A DNA stretch of 64,000 bases from the NCBI GenBank assembly GCA_964016885.1, contig OZ024763.1, positions 19,282,001-19,346,000 on the forward strand, written 5' to 3'. Positions 14,159 to 27,307 of this stretch are shown piece after piece. The stretch comes from Eledone cirrhosa (lineage: Eukaryota). How positions within the stretch are numbered: the first letter of the stretch is position 1; the number at the start of each line of letters is the position of its first letter. Below the pieces are notes generated by a model that was not told the DNA's origin, ran no database searches, and was given only the letters and a program-made list of their open reading frames with translations. A program made the translations under genes and the position numbers.

Positions 14159-14469
14159 AATATATATATATCTATATATATAAGGAAAATATATATATAT
14201 ATATATATGTGCGTATACGTGTATGTGTGTATATGTATGTATGTGTGTATGTACGTGTATGTGTGTGTATCTGTGATTGTGTTTGTATGTGTGTATGTGT
14301 GTATGTATCTATGTATATATATATATATATGTGTGTGTATGTATGTGCATGTGTTTATGTGTCAGCATGTATGTTTATGTGTATATATGTGTGTGTGTGT
14401 GTGTATATATGTGTGTATGATACACTTACCTCCAGTAGTAACATTACATAAGGAATCTCCAGCCACGAT

Positions 14470-15515
14470 TGATGGTGGTGGAGGTGGTGGTGGTGGATTG
14501 TAGTGAAGGTAGTGGTGAAGGTTTGTGATTGTGGTGGTGGTGATGGTTGTAATGTTGGTGGTGGTGGTGGTGGAGGGGGTGGTAGTAGTGGTGGCGATGG
14601 TGGTGGAGTGTGAGAGTGATGGTGGGGTTGGAGTGGCATTGTGATTATGGTGGTGGAGGTGGTGGTGTTGATTGTGAAAGTAGTGATGGTGGAATGTGGT
14701 GGTGGTGGTGGTGAATGTGGTGGCGGTGGTGGTGGTGAATGTGGTGGTGGTGGTGGTGGTGGTGGTGAATGTGGTGGTGGTGGTGGTGGTGGTGGTGAAT
14801 GTGGAGGAGGTGGTGGTGGTGGTGGTGGTGAATGTGAATGTGGTGGTGGTGGTGGTGGTGGTGGTGAATGTGGTGGTGGTGGTGGTGGTGGTGGTGAATG
14901 TGGAGGAGGTGGTGGTGGTGGTGGTGGTGAATGTGAATGTGGTGGTGGTGGTGGTGGTGGTGGTGAATGTGGTGGTGGTGGTGGTGGTGGTGGTGAATGT
15001 GGAGGAGGTGGTGGTGGTGGTGGTGGTGAATGTGAATGTGGTGGTGGTGGTGGTGGTGGTGGTGAATGTGGTGGTGGTGGTGAATGTGGAGGAGGTGGTG
15101 GTGGTGGTGAATGTGAATGTGGTGGTGGTGGTGGTCGTGGTGGTGAATGTGGTGGTGGTGGTGGTGGTGGTGAATGTGAATGTGGTGGTGGTGGTGGTGG
15201 TGGTGGTGGTGGTGAATGTGGAGGAGGTGGTGGTGGTGGTGGTGGTGAATGTGAATGTGGTGGTGGTGGTGGTGGTGGTGGTGGTGGTGGTGAATGTGGT
15301 GGTGGTGGTGGTGGTGAATGTGGTGGTGGTGGTGGTGGTGGTGGTGAATGTGGAGGAGGTGGTGGTGGTGGTGGTGGTGGTGAATGTGGTGGTGGTGGTG
15401 GTGAATGTGGTGGTGGTGGTGGTGAATGTGGTGGTGGTGGTGAATGTGGAGGTGGTGGTGGTGGTGAATGTGGAGGTGGTGGTGGTGGTGGTGGTGGTGG
15501 TAGCGGCGGCGGTAG
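14470..15515. repeat. (GGT)n array punctuated by GAATGT
   Basis: Direct reading. Confidence 0.95.
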
Positions 15516-15730
15516 TAGATCGAGGCCAAGAAGAAGAAGAAGAAGCGAAAAAGGAGGAGCTGAAAGAGGTGAAGGTGGAGGAGGGAGAGATGATTTTCTA
15601 ATTTACATAATTAATTCAGGTTTATGCAGCGATGATGTAGTTACTATATATATATACACACACACACACACATACAAACGCACACACACACACAGATATA
15701 TATATATACATACCTATATATTTGTATATA

Positions 15731-15763
<33 letters not shown>

Positions 15764-15768
<5 letters not shown>

Positions 15769-15998
15769 AAAAAGTATGACCCCGACGGCAGAGCTCAAGC
15801 CGTTTCGACGGCTTTCTGGACTAAATTAGAATTTTTTTAAATTTCAAAAAATTCTAATTTAGTCCAGAAATAGCCGTCGAAACGGCTTGAGCTCTGCCGT
15901 CGGGGTCATACTTTTTCCTATTTCCTACTCTACTACCCTAAGTATTGAGTACTCTGGTGCGTTATGGTCCACCTGGTTCCTTACCACAATTCCTTCGT
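15764..15998 (+). mobile_element. Short element family B with fold-back palindrome (15764-15921), in (TA)n
   Basis: Near-perfect ~158-bp palindrome. Contains GTCGAAACGGCTTGAG, resembling a hammerhead 3' half. Other copies at 16741, 17349, 22643, 56150. Confidence 0.75.
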
Positions 15999-16051
15999 TA
16001 TATATATATATTTTTTTTTTTACATATATATATATATATATATATTCATAC

Positions 16052-16082
<31 letters not shown>

Positions 16083-16125
16083 AAAATATACATATATATA
16101 TATATATATACAGATATATATATAC

Positions 16126-16205
<80 letters not shown>

Positions 16206-16215
16206 AAATGCATAT

Positions 16216-16246
<31 letters not shown>

Positions 16247-16363
16247 CATTTAAATACATATATATATATATATATATATACATATATATGTATATATACA
16301 TATATACATATATATATATTCATACACACACACGCACACACATATATATACATTATTAATTTG

Positions 16364-16545
16364 TGAATTGGCAGTATCGGTAGAGGGTTGGCCGCCATGC
16401 TTTCCAGCATAGTTACGTCCCTTTACAATCTGAGTTCAAATCCCGCCGAGGTTAACTTTACCTTTCATCCTTACGGGGTCGATAAAATAAAGTACCAGTA
16501 ATACACTGGGGTAATGCTGGCATTGTGCCTAAAGTAGAAACAATT
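16364..16545 (+). mobile_element. tRNA-derived SINE
   Basis: A-box-like TGGCAGTATCGG, B-box GAGTTCAAATCCC, shared body. Confidence 0.9.
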
Positions 16546-16640
16546 AATTTATACATATATATATATATATTATAAACTATTATAAGACTGATCATGGGGG
16601 AATACTTCGAAATAGAGAATGTATATATATATATATATAA

Positions 16641-16688
<48 letters not shown>

Positions 16689-16740
16689 TTATAGATTCAG
16701 TACATATATATATATATATATATAGGTTATAGATTCAGTA

Positions 16741-16873
16741 CAGAATTAGCCGTCGAAACGGCTTGAGTTCAGCCGTCGGGGTCTTACTTGTTCCTATTAC
16801 CCACTCTACTACCCTAAGTATTGAGTACTTTGGTGCGTTATGGTCCACCTGGTTCTTTACCACATTTCCTTCG

Positions 16874-16875
<2 letters not shown>
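16741..16875 (+). mobile_element. Family B element copy
   Basis: Matches 15865-15998, flanked by (TA)n. Confidence 0.8.
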
Positions 16876-16929
<54 letters not shown>

Positions 16930-17037
16930 CCTATATATATCCTCATTTTAATTTTGTTTCCTTTTCTTTAATCCCCTCCCCTTTAATGTCTTTCCACCAC
17001 TCCCCCTCACACCCTCGGAACTCTTTTCCTTCGCACC

Positions 17038-17075
17038 TTTGTCCTGATGAAGGGCTTATGCCCGAAACGTCGTCC
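17038..17075 (+). ncRNA. Minimal hammerhead-like motif
   Basis: CTGATGA(17044-17050)-AGGGC(TTAT)GCCC-GAAACGTC. Core and stem II intact, stem I poorly paired. Confidence 0.55.
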
Positions 17076-17236
17076 CCCGTCCCCCACTCTCAACCATGAA
17101 CCTAATACCTACACTGTTTGTACTGCACTCTTCGTTATTGTTTTTGTTTTTTTGTTTTTAACTTCTATATATAGAGCGTGAAATTAATAAACATTCGTTG
17201 TACTGCCTCTCTGTTTTGTTCCTGTTCAAATTTTCC

Positions 17237-17286
<50 letters not shown>

Positions 17287-17301
17287 AATTACATATATAT
17301 G

Positions 17302-17348
<47 letters not shown>

Positions 17349-17350
<2 letters not shown>

Positions 17351-17530
17351 CAAAGGAATTGTGGTAAGGAACCAGATGGACCATAACGCACCAGAGTACT
17401 CAATACTTAGGGTAGTAGAGTGGGTAATAGGAGAAAGTATCACCCCGACGGCAGAGCTCAAGCCCTTTCGACGGCTATTTCTGGACTCCAGAAATAGCTT
17501 GAGCTCTGCCGTCGGGGTTATACTTTCTGC
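17349..17530 (-). mobile_element. Family B element copy with short inverted arm
   Basis: Reverse complement of family B. 17498-17528 is an inverted repeat of ~17432-17463. Confidence 0.8.
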
Positions 17531-17563
<33 letters not shown>

Positions 17564-17598
17564 TGACAGAGAGAGAGATTATGATGGTGGTGATGGTG

Positions 17599-17634
<36 letters not shown>

Positions 17635-17639
17635 ATATG

Positions 17640-20600
17640 TGACTCTGTGTCTGTGCGTGTGCGTGTGCGTGTGCGTGTGTGTGTTGTATGTGCCTGTATG
17701 TATGTGTGTCTGTGTATGTTGGTGCATGTGTGGGAGTGCGTCTGTTTGTGTGTTTGTGTGTGTGTGTTTGTGTTTGTGTGTGCATGTGTGTGTATGTTTG
17801 TGTGTTTGTGTGTGTGTGTTTTTTTATTTGTGTGTGCATGTTTGTGTATGTTTGTGTCTGTATGTATGTGTGTCTGTGTATGTTGGTGCATGTGTGGGAG
17901 TGCGTCTGTTTGTGTGTTTGTGTGTGTGTGTGTTTGTATTTGTGTGTGCATGTGTGTGTATGTTTGTGTGTGTATGGTGTGTGTGTGTGTGTGTGTGTGT
18001 GCATGTATGTGTGTGTCTGTGTATGTTGGTGCATGTTTGGGAGTGCGTCTGTTTGTGTGTTTGTGTGTGTGTGTGTTTGTATTTGTGTGTGCATGTGTGT
18101 GTATGTTTGTGTGTGCATGGTGTGTGTTTGTGTCTGCATGTGTGTGTATGTTTGTGTCTGTATGTGTGTGTGTCTGTGTATGTTGGTGCATGTGTGGGAG
18201 TGCGTATGTTTGTGTGTGCATGGTGTGTGTATGTGTGTGTGTGTGTGTGTGTTTGTGTGTGCATGTGTGTGTATGTTTGTGTGTGCATGGTGTGTGTTTG
18301 TGTGTGCATGTGTGTGTATGTTTGTGTCTGTATGTGTGTGTGTCTGAGTATGTTGGTGCATGTGTGGGAGTGCGTATGTTTGTGTGTGCATGGTGTGTGT
18401 TTGTGTGTGTGTGTGTGTGTTTGTGTGTGCATGTGTGTGTATGTTTGTGTGTGCATGGTGTGTGTTTGTGTGTGCATGTGTGTGTATGTTTGTGTCTGTA
18501 TGTGTGTGTGTCTGTGTATGTTGGTGCATGTGTGGGAGTGCGTATGTTTGTGTGTGCATGGTGTGTGTATGTGTGTGTGTGTGTGTGTGTGTTTGTGTGT
18601 GCATGTGTGTGTATGTTTGTGTGCGCATGGTGTGTGTTTGTGTGTGCATGTGTGTGTATGTTTGTGTCTGTATGTGTGTGTGTCTGTGTATGTTGGTGCA
18701 TGTGTGGGAGTGCGTATGTTTGTGTGTGCATGGTGTGTATTTGTGTGTGCATGTGTGTGTATGTTTGTGTGTGCATGTGTGTGTATTTGTGTGTGTCTGT
18801 ATGTATGTGTTTGTTTGTGTATGTTGGTGCATGTGTGGGAGTGCGTATGTTTGTGTGTGCATGGTGTGTGTTTGTGTGTGTGTTTGTATTTGTGTGTGCA
18901 TGTTTGTGTATGTTTGTGTCTGTATGTATGTGTGTCTGTGTATGTTGGTGCATGTGTGGGAGTGCGTCTGTTTGTGTGTTTGTGTGTGTGTGTGTTTGTA
19001 TTTGTGTGTGCATGTGTGTGTATGTTTGTGTGTGTATGGTGTGTGTGTGTGTGTGTGTGTGTGCATGTATGTGTGTGTCTGTGTATGTTGGTGCATGTTT
19101 GGGAGTGCGTCTGTTTGTGTGTTTGTGTGTGTGTGTGTTTGTATTTGTGTGTGCATGTGTGTGTATGTTTGTGTGTGCATGGTGTGTGTTTGTGTCTGCA
19201 TGTGTGTGTATGTTTGTGTCTGTATGTGTGTGTGTCTGTGTATGTTGGTGCATGTGTGGGAGTGCGTATGTTTGTGTGTGCATGGTGTGTGTATGTGTGT
19301 GTGTGTGTGTGTGTTTGTGTGTGCATGTGTGTGTATGTTTGTGTGTGCATGGTGTGTGTTTGTGTGTGCATGTGTGTGTATGTTTGTGTCTGTATGTGTG
19401 TGTGTCTGTGTATGTTGGTGCATGTGTGGGAGTGCGTATGTTTGTGTGTGCATGGTGTGTGTTTGTGTGTGTGTGTGTGTGTTTGTGTGTGCATGTGTGT
19501 GTATGTTTGTGTGTGCATGGTGTGTGTTTGTGTGTGCATGTGTGTGTATGTTTGTGTCTGTATGTGTGTGTGTCTGTGTATGTTGGTGCATGTGTGGGAG
19601 TGCGTATGTTTGTGTGTGCATGGTGTGTGTATGTGTGTGTGTGTGTGTGTGTGTGTTTGTGTGTGCATGTGTGTGTATGTTTGTGTGCGCATGGTGTGTG
19701 TTTGTGTGTGCATGTGTGTGTATGTTTGTGTCTGTATGTGTGTGTGTCTGTGTATGTTGGTGCATGTGTGGGAGTGCGTATGTTTGTGTGTGCATGGTGT
19801 GTATTTGTGTGTGCATGTGTGTGTATGTTTGTGTGTGCATGTGTGTGTATTTGTGTGTGTCTGTATGTATGTGTTTGTTTGTGTATGTTGGTGCATGTGT
19901 GGGAGTGCGTATGTTTGTGTGTGCATGGTGTGTGTTTGTGTGTGTGTTTGTATTTGTGTGTGCATGTGTGTGTATGTTTGTGTGTGCATGGTGTATGTTT
20001 GTGTGTGCATGTGTGTGTATGTTTGTGTGTGCATGGTGTGTATTTGTGTGTGCATGTGTGTGTATGTTTGTGTGTGCATGTGTGTGTATTTGTGTGTGTC
20101 TGTATGTATGTGTTTGTTTGTGTATGTTGGTGCATGTGTGGGAGTGCGTATGTTTGTGTGTGCATGGTGTGTGTGTGTGTTTGTATTTGTATGTGTGTGT
20201 GTGTGTTGTGTGTGCATGTATGTGTGTGTTTGTGTATGTTGGTGCATATGTGGGAGTGCGTATGTTTGTGTGTGCATGGTGTGTGTTTGTGTGTGTGTTT
20301 GTATTTGTGTGTGCATGTGTGTGTATGTTTGTGTGTGCATGGCGTATGTTTGTGTGTGCATGTGTGTGTATGTTTGTGTGTGCATGGTGTGTATTTGTGT
20401 GTCGGTATGTATGTGTTTCTTTGTGTATGTTGGTGCATGTGTGGGAGTGCGTATGTTTGTGTGTGCATGGTGTGTGTGTGTGTTTGTATTTGTATGTGTG
20501 TTGTGTGTGCATGTATGTGTGTGTTTGTGTATGTTGGTGCATATGTGGGAGTGCGTATGTTTGTGTGTGCATGGTGTATGTGTGTGTTTGTATGTGTGTG

Positions 20601-20645
20601 TGCATGTGTGTGTATGTTTGTGTCTGTCTGTGTGTGTGTGTTTGT
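17640..20645. repeat. (GT)-derived cryptic minisatellite with a ~1.06-kb higher-order duplication
   Basis: Anchor TGTTGGTGCATGTGTGGGAGTGCGT recurs. The variant GCATGTTTGGGAG occurs at 18031 and 19093. Confidence 0.9.
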
Positions 20646-20694
20646 AGCAACTACACCATCGCTTCATAAACCAGAATTAATTATTTTTTAAATT

Positions 20695-20820
20695 CATTGG
20701 CAGTGATCGGTGGAGCGTCAGACACATGGAGTTACGTCCCTTTACGATAAAATAAAGTACCAGTAATGCACTGGGGTCTATTTAATCGATTTTCCCCTTC
20801 CCCAAATCAGAGAATTTATC
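20695..20820 (+). mobile_element. Internally deleted SINE copy
   Basis: GTTACGTCCCTTTACGATAAAATAAAGTACCAGTAATGCACTGGGG. Confidence 0.7.
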
Positions 20821-20827
20821 AATTAAT

Positions 20828-21421
20828 ATGGTGGTTGTGTTGGTGGTGGCGGTGATGGCGGTGGTGTTGATGATGGTGGTGGTGGTAGTGGTGGTGGCGG
20901 TGATGGTGGTGGTGTTGGTGGTGATGATGGTGGTGGTGGTGGTGGTGGTAGTGATGATGGTGGTGGTGGTAGTGGTGGTGGTGGTGGCGGTGGTGATGGT
21001 GGTGGTAGTGGTGATGGTGGTGGTTGTGTTGGTGATGGTGGTGGTGGTGATCATGGTGGTGGTGATAGTGGTGGTGATGATGGTGATGGTGGTGGTGGTG
21101 GTGATGGTGGTGATCATGGTGGTGGTGGTGGTGATAGTGGTGGTGGTGATGGTGGTGGTGGTGGTGATGGCGGTGATGGTGGTGGTGGTAGTGGTGGTGG
21201 TGGTGGTGATGGCGGTGATGGTGGTGGTGGTGATAGTGGTGGTGGTGATCATGGTGATGGTGGTGATGGTGGTGCTGGTGGTGGTAGTGATGGTGGTAGT
21301 GATGGTGGTGGTGGTGATCATGGTGGTGGTGGTGGTGGTGATAGTGGTGGTGGTGGTGGTGGTGGTGATCATGGTGATGGTGATGGTGATCATGGTGATG
21401 GTGGTGGTGGTGGTGGTGATG
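20828..21421. repeat. (GGT/GAT)n microsatellite
   Basis: Direct reading. Confidence 0.95.
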
Positions 21422-21705
21422 AAAAATTAATTAATTTATTAATTAACTAATTAATAAATTTATTTATTCATCTAGTTAGTTAGTTAATTAGTTATTTAAT
21501 TAATTTGTTGGTTAGTTAATTAATAAGTTAGTTAACTAGGTTAGGTAGTGTAGTAAAGTATTGTGGTTTGGATTATTGGGGAATACCTTGAAATAAAGGG
21601 AGAAAGAGAGAGCGTAAAGATGAGACAGAGAGAGGGAGTGATGAGACAGAGAGGGAGTAAAGGGAGAGAGAGAGAGAGTAAAGGGAGAGAGAGAGAGAGA
21701 GTAAA

Positions 21706-21772
<67 letters not shown>

Positions 21773-21854
21773 CCATTGGTTAATATGGTTTTATTATTTT
21801 ACTGTTTTGGTGCTGATAACAACAACAACAAAGACAACAGCAACGACATAAACA

Positions 21855-21901
<47 letters not shown>

Positions 21902-22063
21902 GAAGAAGGAAAGAAAGAAAGAAAGGAAGAGAGAAAGAAAGAAAGAAAGAGAGAGAGAACCTCTCCAGCAAATTTAATGGAGGAATTTCTGTGATGTCAA
22001 ATGTCAGAAATAGTTTTTATTACCTCATTGGTGTATTGATGTTGATATATATATATATATGTC

Positions 22064-22209
<146 letters not shown>

Positions 22210-22263
22210 TGTGTGTGAGTGTGTATATATATACACACATATATATATATATATATATATGCC

Positions 22264-22317
<54 letters not shown>

Positions 22318-22379
22318 CACACACACACACAGATATATATATATATATATGTGTGTATATATATACACACTCACACACA

Positions 22380-22587
<208 letters not shown>

Positions 22588-22596
22588 TGTGTGTGA

Positions 22597-22642
<46 letters not shown>

Positions 22643-22646
<4 letters not shown>

Positions 22647-22787
22647 AAGGAAATGTGGTAAGGAACCAGGTGGACCATAACGCACCAGAGTACTCGATAC
22701 TTAGGGTAGTAGAGTGGGTAATAGGAGAAAGTATGACCCCGACGGCAGAGCTCAAGCCGTTTCGACAGCTAATTCTGGACTCCATCG
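22643..22787 (-). mobile_element. Family B element copy after a ~600-bp (TA)n-rich tract
   Basis: Matches 17349-17490. Joined at CATC to a fragment (22785-22848) homologous to 45731-45793. Confidence 0.8.
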
Positions 22788-22852
22788 TTGGAGACAAACG
22801 AGGTCGTAGGTTTTATATGACTGTGACCTTCTAGAGAGAGATGTCTTATTGA

Positions 22853-23635
22853 CCACCAACACCACCACCAACACCACCACCACCAGCACCATCACCACCA
22901 CCACCATCACGTCCACCAACACCACCACCACTACCACCACCACCACCACCACCACCACCATCACCACCACCACAACAACCACCATCACCACCACCACCAC
23001 CACCAACACCACCACCATCACAACCACCATCACGTCCACCAACACCACCACCACCACCACCATCACCAACACCACCACCATCACAACCACCATCACGTCC
23101 ACCAACACCACCACGACCACCAACACCACCACCATCACAACCACCATCACGACCACCAACACCACCACCACCACCATCACCACCACAACAACCACCAACA
23201 CTACCACCACCACTGCCACTGTCTCCTCCACCACCCCACAACTACCATCACCACCATCACCACCACCACCACCACCACCACCATCACCACCACCATCACC
23301 ACCACCACCACCACCACCAACACCACCACCATCACAACCACCATCACGTTCACCAACACCACCACCACCACCACCCCCACCACAACAACCACCAACACTA
23401 CCACCACCACTGCCACTGTCTCCTCCACAACCCCACAACTATCACCACAACTACCACGACCACCACCACCACCACCACCAACACCACCACCATCACCACC
23501 ACCACCATCACCACCATCACCACCACCACTGCCACTGTCTCCTCCACCACCCCACAACTACCACGACCACCAACACGACCATCACCCCCACCACCACCAC
23601 CATGGTGTTGTTGTTGTTGTTGGTGGTGGTGGTGG
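22853..23635. repeat. (CCA)n-derived array
   Basis: Direct reading. Confidence 0.95.
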
Positions 23636-24078
23636 GGGTAGCTGGAAAATGGGGTAGGGGGTGTGTGTGTTCTAATTGATATTCATATCTTGATTGCATA
23701 GCATACCGGATGAGAAGATACTATCAATTCGATCGATCTTTACTCCGTCATGTATGATTGGTTGATCGATTCGATCGAACTCTTCTCCGTCATGTATGAT
23801 TGTTTGGCAGCAAGGTAAAGTGATTAATTATGTAAAACACACATGTATTAATGTATTACCTGAACATTAAATAGAGGTGTGCCCTGTACATACATAAGCA
23901 CCCGTACTACCTAGCTACTAGGGTCCTCATGTGTCCCCCTGGTTAGGGTGCTGGGCCTATCATCATATGTAGGTACTTACAAATATGTATGTATGTATGT
24001 ATGTATGCGTATATATATATATATTTTACACACACACATTTATATATATACATATATATTTTTTGTAGTTTTTTTCCC

Positions 24079-24115
24079 CTTTCTAAAAGAGGGACTAGCG
24101 TCCGAAACGTTAAGA
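24079..24115 (+). ncRNA. Degenerate minimal hammerhead-like motif
   Basis: CTAAAAGA-GGGAC(TAGC)GTCC-GAAACGTT-AAGA. Same stem II as 57912-57952, core mutated. Confidence 0.4.
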
Positions 24116-24198
24116 CCCTCTTCTTGCTATATCAAGCGTTAACCTAATATATTCCTTCCATATACCGTACCGATGTGTTGATATTTCTGTTTACCTTT

Positions 24199-24243
<45 letters not shown>

Positions 24244-24384
24244 ATATGTTTATATATATATATGTGTTTATATATATATATATATATATATGCATGCTTA
24301 TATATATATATGTTTATATATATATGTTTATATATATATGTTTATATATATATATATATATATATATATGCATGCTTATATATA

Positions 24385-24435
<51 letters not shown>

Positions 24436-24502
24436 TGCTTATATATATATATTTTATATATTTTATATATATATATATATATGTTATTATATATATATTT
24501 TA

Positions 24503-24554
<52 letters not shown>

Positions 24555-24603
24555 TTATATATATTTTATATATATATATATATGTTTATATATATATATT
24601 TTA

Positions 24604-24643
<40 letters not shown>

Positions 24644-24660
24644 TATATATATATATTTTA

Positions 24661-24718
<58 letters not shown>

Positions 24719-24807
24719 TATGTATGTACGTATGTATATACTCGCCTGAGCCCTCGTGTAGGCTATGGGGACAGGTGAGAGGAGATATGCTGGAAGCCAG
24801 GAGATGA

Positions 24808-25090
24808 ATGCCTGTGTGGCCTAGTGGTAAGGGTGTTGGACTTACGATCATAATGCCGTGGGTTCGATACCTGGACTGGGTTGTGTGTTGTGGCCTTGAG
24901 CAAGACACTTCATTTCATGCTGCTCCAGTATACTCAGCTTAAATTGAGTACCAGCAATAGCTGGAGGTTTAACAATGCAAGAGACTGGTGTCCCCGTCCA
25001 GGGGGTTCTTGTACTCTCAGTCATTACAAACCACGGAAACCAGAATAAACACCGTCCCGATGAACCCCCGGGGCTCGAGATAGACTTTAG
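24808..25090 (+). mobile_element. tRNA-derived SINE of a second family (Deu/Nin-like body)
   Basis: A box TGGCCTAGTGG, B box GGTTCGATACC, then TTGTGGCCTTGAGCAAGACACTT. Confidence 0.75.
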
Positions 25091-25539
25091 TCTACTGTTT
25101 TCGTATTCTCCAATATTTTACAAAACAGAATGTCGTGACTTGAGGGAGATATAGCTACTATTTTTAGTATATCTAGTGACTACTGCTGGTGTTGTTATTC
25201 TTAGATTTGAAGGTTAACCATAGCCACAGCTTTCTTTAGCAATCAGGAAATAATTTAGCCTTGGTTATCGTCTTTAGTAACTGACCCAGTTTTCCTGTTG
25301 TGTTTTTTTTTACGATATTAAAAAAAGAAAAAGAATATGGTAATCTGGGCGAGATATAGCTACTATATCTAGCGTGTCTAGCGACTATTTCTGGTGATGT
25401 TATCGTTCGATTTAATGAGATTGACCTTTAACCATAACCACAGCTTTCTTTAGCAATCTAGATATAGTTTTGTCTTTGTTACAGTCGCTAACCAGTGGTC
25501 CGCAGAAAAGTTTGGTCGTCTGCAGAAAAATTTGGACAT

Positions 25540-25700
25540 TGATGCCATGCTTTCCAGAAAAGAGTTACGGCCCTTTATGGTCTGAGTTCAAATCCCGCCG
25601 AGGTTAACTTTGCCTTTCATCCTTACGGGATCGATAAAATAAAGTACCAGTAATGTACTGATGATTTCTGGCCTTGTGCCAATAGTAGAAACAATTATTT
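25540..25700 (+). mobile_element. tRNA-derived SINE
   Basis: GAGTTCAAATCCCGCCGAGGTTAACTTTGCC. Confidence 0.9.
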
Positions 25701-25722
25701 GCATTTTTTTTTTGTTTTACTA

Positions 25723-25913
25723 ATAATTGTTTCTATTTTTGCCACAAGGCCAGCAATTACTCAGTGCATTACTGGTACTTTATTTTATCGACCCCGCAAG
25801 GATGAAAGGCAAAGTTAACCTCGGCGGGATTTGAACTCAGAATGGCAAGGGCCGTAACTCTATGCGTCAAAGCATGGCGTTCGACCCTCTTCCGATACTG
25901 CCAATCCATCGCC
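25723..25913 (-). mobile_element. tRNA-derived SINE, tail-to-tail with the previous copy
   Basis: Reverse complement of the SINE consensus. Confidence 0.9.
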
Positions 25914-26122
25914 ATATTTATGTTTTATTAATAATAAAATGAAAATAATATTCGGTTAAAATATATTTTATAACACTCCAAAAACATGTTTCTCCTCAGT
26001 AAGGAACTAAGAGCCCTGAAAGAATTTTACACATGTCTCATCTATTGACAATATGACACACGTACACTTCATTATAGTTTAACAAAGTGGTAGTTCTCTG
26101 ATCATTATTTTACACATATGTT

Positions 26123-26530
26123 AGGGCGGTGAATTGGCAGTACCGGTAGGGGGTCGGACACCATGCTTTGCAGCAGAGAGTTACGGCCCTTTACAATCTG
26201 AGTTCAAATCCCGCCGAGGTTGACTTTGCCTTTCATCCTTACGGGGTCGATAAAATAAAGTACCAGTAATGCACTGGGTAATTGCTGGCCTTGTGCCAAA
26301 AGTAGAAACAATTATTTTACACATATGTTAGGGCGGTGGATTGGCAGTACCGGTAGGGGGTCGGACGCCATGCTTTCCAGCATAGTTACGTCCCTTTACG
26401 ATCTGAGTTCAAATCCCGCTGAGGTTAACTTTGCCTTTCATCCTTACGGGGTCGATAAAATAAAGTACCAGTCTCGCTGGATTTCCCCTCCCCCAAAATT
26501 TCTGGCTTTGTACCTATATAAGAAACCATT
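26123..26530 (+). mobile_element. Two tandem full-length SINE copies
   Basis: Each is preceded by ATTATTTTACACATATGTTA and starts GGGCGGTG.ATTGGCAGTACCGGTAG. Confidence 0.9.
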
Positions 26531-26785
26531 ATTTTACACTTATATATCAACTATCGACAATATGACACACATATATTTCAGTATACTTTAATAAAATGGA
26601 AGTTCTCTAATCATTATTTTATAAATGTATTTATCTTTTTTAAAAAATTCATATTAGTGGTCCGCGGGATTTAAAATTATGAATTTAATGGTCCGTGACG
26701 TCCGAAAGGTTGGCGACCATTGTAGTAACTGGCCTTACTTTCTTGTTTAAAGACAACAAGTTTACTAACTCGTTCTGGCAGGTTT

Positions 26786-26990
26786 AGACGGCGAATTGAC
26801 TGAGTCGTTAGAAAAGAGGGACGGTGGCCCCAAAAGTTTGAGAAACTCTACGTTATAACGACGGATAAATTACTTTATAGAATTCGTTCTGATTCTCAAC
26901 GCTGTGAGTTCAAATCCCACCGGTGTCAACTTCGCTTTTTACCATTTTGAAACCAATAAAGTAAAGCACCAGTCCAGTACTGGGGTTATA
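26786..26990 (+). mobile_element. Diverged older SINE copy
   Basis: GAGTTCAAATCCCACCGGTGTCAACTTCGC..AAAGTAAAGCACCAGT. Confidence 0.6.
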
Positions 26991-27307
26991 TTTTTCCTCT
27001 ATATCGCTTTCTCCTTTCCTTTCTATCATTTGTTCTCTCTATTTCTCTGGAAGAAATCTGCTGTTAACAGACCCGGAGAGAGGAGATGGGCCCCAACCAG
27101 GTTTAAAATACCCAAGAAACGCCATATTTCACTAGGATGCTCCTACGGCTCCCCCCAGGAATCACGAGTCCATACATACATATTAGCGGGTTTAGTAAAT
27201 TTCATGTGTCGTTATTGCAGGATTTAAAGTGTTTGGCCCTTAACCCGAGCTTTCCTAGGCAATCTATAAACAATTTACCCTTCGTCACTGCCTTTAGTAA
27301 TTAGATA

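Larger units (their letters stand above)
25482..26722 (+). mobile_element. hAT-like MITE split by nested SINEs
   Basis: AGTGGTCCGC subterminal motifs at both ends. Right end reads AAAGGTTGGCGACCATTG. Confidence 0.45.

Noticed and set aside
14641-15840. Gly/Glu/Cys-repeat ORF
   Set aside because: (GGT)nGAATGT microsatellite read-through that ends in (TA)n and a repeat element.
17475-20691. ~1000-aa His/Thr- or Cys/Val-rich ORFs in several frames
   Set aside because: Translation of a (GT)-derived repeat, open on both strands, with no domain or coding-like structure.
24811-24885. tRNA gene
   Set aside because: A and B boxes are present, but the acceptor stem does not close and the sequence continues into a SINE body.
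25030-25080. Hammerhead in the SINE tail (GAAAC...CCGATGA)
   Set aside because: No stem I can form between the UH site and the core, so the topology is not satisfied.
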